A stretch of 64,000 bases of DNA. It comes from a virus. Lineage: Duplodnaviria > Caudoviricetes. Shown piece after piece: positions 39,547 through 46,804 of the stretch. The position numbers were made by a program, and so were the translations under genes. Under the pieces are notes generated by a model. That model was not told where the DNA came from. It was given only the letters and a program-made list of their open reading frames with translations, and did no database searches. Position 1 is the stretch's first letter, and the number at the start of each line of letters is the position of its first letter. The DNA lies in IMG/VR virus record IMGVR_UViG_3300047497_000053, positions 2,220 through 66,219 of that record; one strand, written 5' to 3'.

Positions 39547-39572
39547 CACCGCCGCCCACCGATCACCCAACC

Positions 39573-39980
39573 TCAATCCGACGAATCCTTCTCGAAACTG
39601 TGCCCTTGCGGCGCTTTGCCATAGCGCGCCGACGTGAACGGGCTGGAATCTGAGCCCGTGCGACCGCCATTTTTGCGTGGCATGCGCCCGGCGTGCTCTT
39701 TCGCCTTGTCGCCGTGCATCTTCATTTCGGTTTTGCCGCCCGACTTGCGCGCGGCCCGGCCACCCGTCGCCAACGCGGCCGGCGCTGCGCCGCCCGTCGC
39801 GCGTGCCGTGACGCCGCCCGTGGCTTTCTTGGTGCGACCGCCCTTCTTCATCTCCTCGGCTTCCTTGGAGACTTTGTTGTCGGCCGTGTAATCCATCGGC
39901 TTGTCTTTCACATCCGCTTCCGCATCGTTGCGCTCGCCTTGGCCGGCTTCGCCGCCGCTCGCTCGCTTCTTGCCTTTCAT
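39573..39980 (-). CDS. Basic protein built from [AK]xGG motifs
   Basis: RASGG, KKGG, ATGG x3, KSGG and KNGG; GAGG RBS. Confidence 0.7.
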   Translation of the reverse strand: MKGKKRASGGEAGQGERNDAEADVKDKPMDYTADNKVSKEAEEMKKGGRTKKATGGVTARATGGAAPAALATGGRAARKSGGKTEMKMHGDKAKEHAGRMPRKNGGRTGSDSSPFTSARYGKAPQGHSFEKDSSD

Positions 39981-39995
39981 TCGCTTTGTCCTCGC

Positions 39996-40520
39996 TTACG
40001 ATGCGTTGTTGATGCAGGGGATGTAGAACACGGTCAGTGTGCCCACGAAAGCACCCGTGGCGCTGAATGTCACAATTACCTGAATATCGGTGTTGCCCAC
40101 GTTGTCCCAATTGCCGATCTGCGTGCCTGTGGTCGGCAACAGCGTGGAATTCAGTTGCCCCAGTGTGGTCGTGGAACCCGCCGTTGCGGCCGTGAGCGCG
40201 GTCGCGGATAAGGTCGTGCCCAAACCGAAGGTCGCGCCCGCTTGCACGGTTGTCACCATCATGTAAATGTCGGTGATCTGGCTCTGTGCGGGAATCACAA
40301 TCGGCGTCGTGAACGTCGCCGCCGTGCTGTTGATCACGGCCGACTGCGCAACCTGCGCATAGCCTGCGTTCGCCGTGCCGGTCTGGCCTCCTAACCCCGC
40401 GAGGTTCCCAGAACCGTCGCTGTGCGGAATCGGGCCGACGAGAACCGGGCCAGTGAACTGCGTGCCGGGCTGGATCGGGCTGCCGTTGGCGTTGGGCGAA
40501 AAACCACCGTTGATATCCAT
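39996..40520 (-). CDS. Head-associated protein
   Basis: Directly after the capsid gene; T.FTGPV and IPA.SQI motifs. Confidence 0.65.
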   Translation of the reverse strand: MDINGGFSPNANGSPIQPGTQFTGPVLVGPIPHSDGSGNLAGLGGQTGTANAGYAQVAQSAVINSTAATFTTPIVIPAQSQITDIYMMVTTVQAGATFGLGTTLSATALTAATAGSTTTLGQLNSTLLPTTGTQIGNWDNVGNTDIQVIVTFSATGAFVGTLTVFYIPCINNAS

Positions 40521-40532
40521 TTGCGGTGGCCC

Positions 40533-41447
40533 TTACGAGGTCGGAAACACGCCGTAAATACAGCGGGGATTGAAGTAGGAAAAACTGTATCTTTGATAAC
40601 CTTTGACAAGCAAATTGTCCGTGGTGAAGTCCACCTGCATGCTGGTCTCAAAAGGTATGCGCGACATGTATGCAAGCCCCGCGATGTTCGTGAGCAGAAA
40701 CCACGCGTACTGCGAAGTCAGGTAGTCAAGCGTAATGAAGCCTTCGGTCAGGCCGCCGGCCGTGGACAGGATCGCATTGACATCGTTGTCGGCCGTACCG
40801 GGGCGAAGTTCCGTTTTCATCAAGCGAATCGCGACCGGTTCCAACTGCGGCGGCACAACGAGCTTGCGCGCGCGCGCGAACATTTTCAGGCCCGCTTGAT
40901 CGCGAAAGTTGTAACGGATGCCGATCATGGAGGCGAGCAGCGTCGCTTCGTTCAAGTCCACCTGAATCGCGGGCGTGTTTGCATACGTTCCCGCATCGAT
41001 GGGGTGATTCGTCGCGCACAGCGCCACGCCGTCGCCGCCCACGGACGTGTTGTACGTGGTCGCGGTATTGAGCACGTTGGCCGCGTAGATTTCCTGCGTC
41101 TGTTGAAACGACTCCATCAATCCCAGATTGGACGGATGAAACTGCGTTTTATACAAGTTGTCATCAATGGCCTTTCTGGTGATTGCGTAGCCCAAACCGA
41201 TCTCGTTATGCTCCTGGTTATAAACATACCGCTCGCCCGCGCCGTTATCGAAGGACGTTTGACCGCCTTCCGTTTTCAATTGCGCATAGGAGAGGTAGCG
41301 CATTTCCGCCGTGCGCTCCAAAGCCATTTTTGACTCGTACTTGGTGAAATACTTGTCGTACTGAGATTCGATTTGCTCGTATTTTCCCGTAATTCCCCGC
41401 AGTCCAGGAAGCAGAAGGTCTTTGATCGCACTTAGGTTAACGGCCAT
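40533..41447 (-). CDS. Major capsid protein
   Basis: LLPGL, K.EG, AITR.AIDDNLY, GDG.AL...HP, L.VPP.L and AWFL motifs; GGAG RBS. Confidence 0.9.
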   Translation of the reverse strand: MAVNLSAIKDLLLPGLRGITGKYEQIESQYDKYFTKYESKMALERTAEMRYLSYAQLKTEGGQTSFDNGAGERYVYNQEHNEIGLGYAITRKAIDDNLYKTQFHPSNLGLMESFQQTQEIYAANVLNTATTYNTSVGGDGVALCATNHPIDAGTYANTPAIQVDLNEATLLASMIGIRYNFRDQAGLKMFARARKLVVPPQLEPVAIRLMKTELRPGTADNDVNAILSTAGGLTEGFITLDYLTSQYAWFLLTNIAGLAYMSRIPFETSMQVDFTTDNLLVKGYQRYSFSYFNPRCIYGVFPTS

Positions 41448-41580
41448 CTAAATTCTCCAACGGGATACTCACGGTCCATAGCCAGCAACCGGTGTCCGAT
41501 AAACGGCATCGATTGAAAAAAGTTGCTTGGAGCAAATCTTGTTTGGATACTGATTGGAAAGGAAAAAATTCCATAATTCT

Positions 41581-42189
41581 TCAAACAGCCAAAGTGTTTT
41601 TTGTCTCAACATTGTTGAACGCGACAACGACGTAGTTGTTCGCTCCGGTTTGCGTGCCCGGTGCGCCGGGCGGACTCGTAATCAGTGCGTTGACTCGAAA
41701 CGGCAGCGTAGCGGTCGTGGCCGGCGTCACCGAGATATCAACGAACGCGCCCGAGATGCCGTTGGCGGTGTTGCCCGTGCCGTACGCGAATTGAACGTTC
41801 AGGCCAATGTTCGCGGCCACGATGCCGGTGGATGTGGACGTGCCGACCTGCGCTTTGAACTGCGCGTTGGGGTCGTTTACGATGTAGCCCGTCACAAGGT
41901 TCGTGCTGGCGACATCATAGCCGGGCCAAAAGTTGGACCAGACCTTGCGTTTGTTGGCGACAGAGACATATTCGCAGCCGATGAACACGCCTGCGATGGG
42001 CGTGGTGCCAGGGCCAGGGCCGGTCGTGATGCCCGCGATGGTGCCGTCCGCAGCCAGACGAAACACCGGATCACCCCAGAAGATGTTCGCGGTGTTGTAG
42101 TCAATGTTGACCGGCACGTTCTCAGTGGTCGGCGCAGAGCCGTTGCCTTTGAGGTACGAGAAGCCGAAAGGTGCAAACGTATTAGCCAC
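41581..42189 (-). CDS. Capsid decoration/cement-like protein
   Basis: MAN..APFG, IF.GDPV, GVF.GC.Y and V.DP..F..Q motifs; AGGAG RBS. Confidence 0.7.
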   Translation of the reverse strand: MANTFAPFGFSYLKGNGSAPTTENVPVNIDYNTANIFWGDPVFRLAADGTIAGITTGPGPGTTPIAGVFIGCEYVSVANKRKVWSNFWPGYDVASTNLVTGYIVNDPNAQFKAQVGTSTSTGIVAANIGLNVQFAYGTGNTANGISGAFVDISVTPATTATLPFRVNALITSPPGAPGTQTGANNYVVVAFNNVETKNTLAV

Positions 42190-42218
42190 GCGAAAACTCC
42201 TATCACGGAGGTCGCATG

Positions 42219-42306
42219 GCTACCGGAGCAATGGGGGACCTAGAATCGTCTCAAGAGCCACACCGGGCGGCTCGGTTTCTATGGGCGTCGCGCACCGGGC
42301 GCAACG
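42219..42306 (-). ncRNA. Candidate structured 5' leader with three CCGGU-loop hairpins
   Basis: Stems at 42286-42306, 42255-42273 and 42219-42229; G-U pairs form only on the minus strand. Confidence 0.5.
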
Positions 42307-42315
42307 TGTGGCGTG

Positions 42316-42344
42316 AATATCCTACGGAAAAATGAGACTGTCAA
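42316..42344 (-). promoter_or_regulatory. Sigma70-like promoter TTGACA-17-GATATT
   Basis: Perfect -35, 17-bp spacer, intergenic upstream of the head genes. Confidence 0.6.
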
Positions 42345-42388
42345 GGGTGGCGCGAACGGAATGTATTAGAGGACGCGAACGCTGGGTA

Positions 42389-42559
42389 TCAAATGACACC
42401 CAAAAACCGCAGCAATACCAGCACCAGAATGAGGGTCAACAGCCCCGAGGTGCCGTACCCACCGCCCCACATGCCGCCGTGATACCAATTGACCTGCGGC
42501 GTGCCGCCGATGGCGCCGAAAAACAGCAGCACTAGGACAACGATGAGCAGTAATTTCAT
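42389..42559 (-). CDS. DUF3309-like small membrane protein
   Basis: LLIVVLVLLFFG...P...WGGGYG.SGLL.LILVLVLL. Confidence 0.65.
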   Translation of the reverse strand: MKLLLIVVLVLLFFGAIGGTPQVNWYHGGMWGGGYGTSGLLTLILVLVLLRFLGVI

Positions 42560-42768
42560 ATGTGTGGTTTCGGAGCGGTTGTTAGTGGTTCCGGCGCGAT
42601 TGTTCGCGAGTCCGGGGTCACGATAACGGCCGTGGTCGGCGCGTAGTGCGGCGTCGGACGTAGCTCCGCCAAGATGTCCATGCAGATCGTGAGCAAAATA
42701 TCGCACGTCGCCTCAACGCGTTTGAGACGGCGCACGATGCTTTCTTCTTCGTGAGTTTGCAGGGTCAC
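42556..42768 (-). CDS. Hypothetical protein
   Basis: ATGA-coupled ORF. Confidence 0.5.
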   Translation of the reverse strand: MTLQTHEEESIVRRLKRVEATCDILLTICMDILAELRPTPHYAPTTAVIVTPDSRTIAPEPLTTAPKPHI

Positions 42769-42793
42769 TTATGCGCCTTATGGGCCTAAAGCG

Positions 42794-43141
42794 TTACTTA
42801 CGCAGCGCTGCGCTCGCGGCCGTGGCCACGACCGGCGTTACCGTGATGCCCGTTGTCGGCGTGAATGCGGGCGGCGAGCCGGCTTCGGTGAAGGTCACCG
42901 TTACGGGCGTGCCCAGCGTCGCGCCGTTGACATCAAGGTCGGTCGCGGTCACGGAGCCTGCGCCGGGAGCAACGCTGGTCACGAACGAAAACGGCGCGGC
43001 GGTCAGCGTCACGGCAGGCTGCGCCACGCCCGTGGAATCGGTGACGACAACGGATGTGCCCGCGTAGGCTGCGCCAGTCGGGGTTGGAGTGGAAGCGCCT
43101 TGGGTCAGCGCGATGGTGACTTGAATGAGAGTCGTGGACAT
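42794..43141 (-). CDS. Thr/Ala-rich Ig-like hypothetical protein
   Basis: Beta-strand-rich ORF in late orientation. Confidence 0.6.
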   Translation of the reverse strand: MSTTLIQVTIALTQGASTPTPTGAAYAGTSVVVTDSTGVAQPAVTLTAAPFSFVTSVAPGAGSVTATDLDVNGATLGTPVTVTFTEAGSPPAFTPTTGITVTPVVATAASAALRK

Positions 43142-43173
43142 GATGGATTACTCGGTGTTGAGGGAGATGGATT

Positions 43174-43383
43174 TCAGTACGGGTTCAGCGAAGATTTCAA
43201 TGAAAGGTCCAGTGGGATCGCATGCAGTGATGGGCCATAACCGCCGCAGGCGGCAAAACACGATGGGCACAGTATATGGTGCGCCATGTGCGTGCGTTGG
43301 TCGCAGACGGCGCAAAGACGGCGCATTGTGATGTCAGCGGGCGCCGACACGGGCGCGTGATCGGGGATGTAATCGCGCGCCAT
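43174..43383 (-). CDS. Small Zn-finger protein
   Basis: CAVC...CPSC. Confidence 0.5.
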   Translation of the reverse strand: MARDYIPDHAPVSAPADITMRRLCAVCDQRTHMAHHILCPSCFAACGGYGPSLHAIPLDLSLKSSLNPY

Positions 43384-43388
43384 CGGGG

Positions 43389-43988
43389 TTATGCGGCGTC
43401 CTTCGGGATCTGCATCGGCACGTACTCGTATTCCTTTTTGATTTGCACCAGCGGATCGCCCTTGTTGTCGCGCGGGAGCGTGCCTGGCGGTGCGCCGCGA
43501 AGCTGCGCTTCCTTGTCGCGCACGCGATTGACCGCGCGGGCGTAGTCCAACCGTTTCACCTCATCGGTGATTTCTTTAGGTCGCTCGCACAGTATTAGAC
43601 CCTCGTTCAAAATGGTCTCGCCACGCCAACTGCGTGGCATCAGCTCGGGATGACGCGCGGCGGGCACGGCTTCCCAGCCGCGATTGGCGATGACGACGGC
43701 ATACGAGGCATCCTCTTTGCCCATGACCGAATGCCGCTTCCATTCGTAAGACCAGCCCTCGGGGATGATGCGCGGGTCGATGTAGAACTTGTCGTGATCC
43801 TCATCCAGATTGCCCAAGTGGGCGCGAAGTTCCGCAGCACGCTGCGCCGCGCGCACGCGCGGATCGTCGGGGTTGGGCGTGGACACGGCCTCAACGGGTT
43901 TCGCTTGCGCAGTCGGCATGGGCACGTCGCGCGGCTTCATGCGCTCGTTTTTCAGTTGCGTGGAATTCAGTACGTCATCAATACTCAT
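43389..43988 (-). CDS. Conserved head-module protein
   Basis: P.GW.Y.W.R, RGWE.V and GL.LC..P.E motifs, after the scaffold gene. Confidence 0.7.
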   Translation of the reverse strand: MSIDDVLNSTQLKNERMKPRDVPMPTAQAKPVEAVSTPNPDDPRVRAAQRAAELRAHLGNLDEDHDKFYIDPRIIPEGWSYEWKRHSVMGKEDASYAVVIANRGWEAVPAARHPELMPRSWRGETILNEGLILCERPKEITDEVKRLDYARAVNRVRDKEAQLRGAPPGTLPRDNKGDPLVQIKKEYEYVPMQIPKDAA

Positions 43989-44000
43989 GGGGTCACCTGA

Positions 44001-45053
44001 CTAGTTGAGTTGGCCTTCGCGTTGCAGGATTAGTTTGTTGCGCGCGTATTCTTCGTCCGACATGCCCATGTTCTTTGCCATCTCGCGCTCGGCGGATGAC
44101 AAACGCACGGAGCGCGGTGAGGAGCCGTTGCCGGTGCCGTTTCGAGACACGGGCGCGGCGGCGGGTGCGACTTGACGCGATTTGGACTGTGCGGCCGGCG
44201 CGGCGGCGCCCGACAGCGCCGTGTCGGTGGTCGGTTCGGCGCGCGGACTCGGCGCGGGCTCGGCGCGCAGCCCCAGCGTGTTTTCAATTGCCGCGAAGTA
44301 TTCTGGCGTATCGGGCGCAATACCGTCCTCAATCGCATCGTAGTGCGCGGCCAGCATGCGCCGGTTCTTTTTAGGGTCCAGCGCGAACTCAGGGTGTGCG
44401 CGCACCCACTGCGCCGATTTCGGCGTACACTGCGCGGCCATTTTTTCAACCGGATCGTCCGGCAGCGTGGGCGTGGGTTTCGGCGCTTTTTCAAGCGCGA
44501 TTTTGCCCCGCTCCAAATCCTGCAATTTCGCCGCATTGGACGCCATTTCGATCTGCAAATCGGCGACTTTGGCGAAATCCTGCACGGTCAGCGCTTCAAC
44601 GTACTGCGCTTTCAGCATGTCGTTTGTTTGCTTGACTTGCGTGATGGCTTGCGTCACCAACGTCAAGCGCGTGTCTTGATTTTCGGTGCGCGCCCGTACT
44701 TCGGATTCCGCGGCGTCACGGGCGCGCCGTTCGGCGGCTTCACGGGCCGCTTTTTCGGCTGCTAATTGGGCTTTGAGCTTTTCAATGCCCTCATCCACGG
44801 TGATGTCGGGCGTGGCGGCAGTGGCCGGCGAGGGTTCGTCGTCTTCCGTAATGACGGTGACTGGCTCATCGGCCGGTTTTCGCACGACTTTCGGCGGTTT
44901 TTCAATCGAAACCGTTTTTGGATCGGCCAAACGCGCCGCTTCCGGCGCGGTATCGGTCGCTGCGGCCTTGTCGGCGGCTTTCAGCTTGTCAATGGCGTCA
45001 AAGTCAATCTCGACTTCTTCCAATTCCTTGCCGATTTCAGCGAGTGTGGCCAT
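44001..45053 (-). CDS. Scaffolding protein
   Basis: Acidic N-terminus, coiled coil, C-terminal VRLS..E.EMAK.MGMS.EEYA. Confidence 0.8.
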   Translation of the reverse strand: MATLAEIGKELEEVEIDFDAIDKLKAADKAAATDTAPEAARLADPKTVSIEKPPKVVRKPADEPVTVITEDDEPSPATAATPDITVDEGIEKLKAQLAAEKAAREAAERRARDAAESEVRARTENQDTRLTLVTQAITQVKQTNDMLKAQYVEALTVQDFAKVADLQIEMASNAAKLQDLERGKIALEKAPKPTPTLPDDPVEKMAAQCTPKSAQWVRAHPEFALDPKKNRRMLAAHYDAIEDGIAPDTPEYFAAIENTLGLRAEPAPSPRAEPTTDTALSGAAAPAAQSKSRQVAPAAAPVSRNGTGNGSSPRSVRLSSAEREMAKNMGMSDEEYARNKLILQREGQLN

Positions 45054-45058
45054 GGCGA

Positions 45059-45508
45059 TTACCAAATCATCCCAGGATGCGGGATGCGGGCGCGAATTTG
45101 ATCGTCATACACCAGCCGGCAGGGTACAAAATCGCGAATATCCAGCGTGTTCAGGTGCGCATTGACATCCAACGACCACGCATCAGAGGGTCGCAGCAGC
45201 ACCCAGTCATGCAATTGCACGTCCACATTTTTGAACTGACAGCCGGGACCGATCTTTACCACCAGATGCGCTTTGCCTTGATAGCGATCTTCTTTCAAGT
45301 TCTGATGCGGCAGCACAATACCGCCCGAGGTCATCTCGGGACGCATGTAAATCGCCACCAGCAGCTCGTTGTGCGCGATTTCAAAGCCGGAAATGTCGCC
45401 GATTTTGTCCAATAGCAGACGTTTCGGATCGTCGGCGAGCGTTTCACGTGAAACGTGAGTTTCCTTGGAAACTCGGGACTCGGAAACTCGGGATGCAGTG
45501 GCGGGCAT
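45059..45508 (-). CDS. GroES-like co-chaperonin
   Basis: E.TSGGIVLP mobile loop; VVKIGP, DWV and DDQI motifs. Confidence 0.75.
   Translation of the reverse strand: MPATASRVSESRVSKETHVSRETLADDPKRLLLDKIGDISGFEIAHNELLVAIYMRPEMTSGGIVLPHQNLKEDRYQGKAHLVVKIGPGCQFKNVDVQLHDWVLLRPSDAWSLDVNAHLNTLDIRDFVPCRLVYDDQIRARIPHPGMIW
45441..45454. promoter_or_regulatory. parS-like site GTTTCACGTGAAAC
   Basis: Exact 14-bp core of the bacterial chromosomal parS consensus; flanks are C/G rather than T/A. Confidence 0.55.
45459..45472. promoter_or_regulatory. Palindrome GTTTCCTTGGAAAC
   Basis: Repeated family member next to the parS-like site. Confidence 0.55.
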
Positions 45509-45511
45509 GGA

Positions 45512-45715
45512 TTACCTTTTGCTGAGAGTGGTGTTCACGTCGTCCGTGAAATCTTGGATGACGCGGCGGTAGGCGTAGAGTTGCCCCGCAAGGTGCCGAT
45601 AGTCCGCGTAATCATTGACGCTGGCGCCAGTGCAGAGTCTGTCGGTGATGCGGTTCATTTCTTCGATGATGCGTTTCTTGAGTTCTTGCTCAAAGGCGTT
45701 GCTGACGGTGAACAT
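45512..45715 (-). CDS. Small conserved head-module protein
   Basis: DY..Y....G pattern, upstream of the GroES-like gene. Confidence 0.7.
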   Translation of the reverse strand: MFTVSNAFEQELKKRIIEEMNRITDRLCTGASVNDYADYRHLAGQLYAYRRVIQDFTDDVNTTLSKR

Positions 45716-45753
45716 AATCAGGGTTGCTCAAAGGCGTTGTTGACGGTGAACAT
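45686..45753 (-). repeat. 30-bp direct repeat (1 mismatch) duplicating the gene start
   Basis: 45686-45715 versus 45724-45753. Confidence 0.9.
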
Positions 45754-45765
45754 CGGGCTGGCGCG

Positions 45766-46767
45766 TCACCCGTAAGCCTTTGCCTTCTCCAACCGCCCGA
45801 GACCGCCGCCTGCGCCCGATTCGATGGGATACCCGGTGCGACCGCCGGACTTGCGGGGCATCGGCATCGGCGGTGCGCCACCCGCAGGCGGTCCCATCGG
45901 CGCGGCGGCGGCCGGCGGCGGTACGCCTTGATGCAGACCCACGGGGCCGGGCGGCATCGCACCGGGCGGCGGCATGGGCATCGGGGGTTTCTGGCCCGCG
46001 CCGCCCGCGATGATAACGTTGACCGTCGTGCCTTTCTTGGCGCGTCCACCCTTCGCGCGGGCGATGCGGTCGCCTTTCGGGCGCGTGCCGCCGTCCAAGA
46101 CGCCGCCGGCCGACTTACCGACGCGTCCCCCGCCGCACTTGGCGCAATCGCAATCGGGGCCGTGAGTGCGACCGCCGGAAGCGCGCTGTACCGCGTCGGA
46201 CCATGCGGGTAGCGCAAGGCCGCCCATGGTTTTGTGCGCGCGCCCGCCGCTGGCGCGACGGCTCACAACGGCCTGTGACGGTCGCTGATTTGGCTGAACC
46301 GTGGGATACGGTGCGTAGCCCTTTTTGATGTTTTCCGCGTTCTCAGCGTGTAGCGCAGCCATTTCGTCTGGTTTCAATGGTGCGTTGTGTGCCCACCTGC
46401 GTTCGGGCGTCTTACCGCCTCCGGCTTTGCCACCACGCTTCATGCCGCCCACGTGCTTCAATCCGGGTCGTTCTTCGTTCGCGGCCTTCATATCACGGTT
46501 GGCGTAGGAGATACCAACGTTGCCGCCGCTGGCGCGCGGCTTGCGGCCCGCGTGTTCGGTGGCTTTCTCGCCCGAGACCTTGCCGCCGGCCTTGAACTGC
46601 CGGCGCGAAATGGGCCGCATGCCCGTTTTGATGTCGTTCATCATGGCGCCGGGCGGCGTGTAGCCCGAGGCGTCCACGGGTTTGGTGGGGTCCGCCCCGA
46701 TCATGCGGTCGGCGCGCGCTTTGGTTTCGCCGCGAACGCCCGACGTGATGCTGTTGAAATCGGCCAT
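45766..46767 (-). CDS. Basic low-complexity protein with about ten [AK]xGG motifs
   Basis: FKAGGK, RASGG x3, MKRGG, KSAGG, RAKGG and RKSGG; Pro/Met-rich tail. Confidence 0.7.
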   Translation of the reverse strand: MADFNSITSGVRGETKARADRMIGADPTKPVDASGYTPPGAMMNDIKTGMRPISRRQFKAGGKVSGEKATEHAGRKPRASGGNVGISYANRDMKAANEERPGLKHVGGMKRGGKAGGGKTPERRWAHNAPLKPDEMAALHAENAENIKKGYAPYPTVQPNQRPSQAVVSRRASGGRAHKTMGGLALPAWSDAVQRASGGRTHGPDCDCAKCGGGRVGKSAGGVLDGGTRPKGDRIARAKGGRAKKGTTVNVIIAGGAGQKPPMPMPPPGAMPPGPVGLHQGVPPPAAAAPMGPPAGGAPPMPMPRKSGGRTGYPIESGAGGGLGRLEKAKAYG

Positions 46768-46771
46768 GTGA

Positions 46772-46785
46772 GTTTCCTTGGAAAC
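46772..46785. promoter_or_regulatory. Palindrome GTTTCCTTGGAAAC overlapping an RBS
   Basis: Contains the AAGGA Shine-Dalgarno of ATG 46767. Confidence 0.6.
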
Positions 46786-46804
46786 TGAAGTTTCCAGCGT
46801 GAAT

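Noticed and set aside
40422-41333. 303-aa + strand ORF
   Set aside because: Antisense shadow of the major capsid gene.
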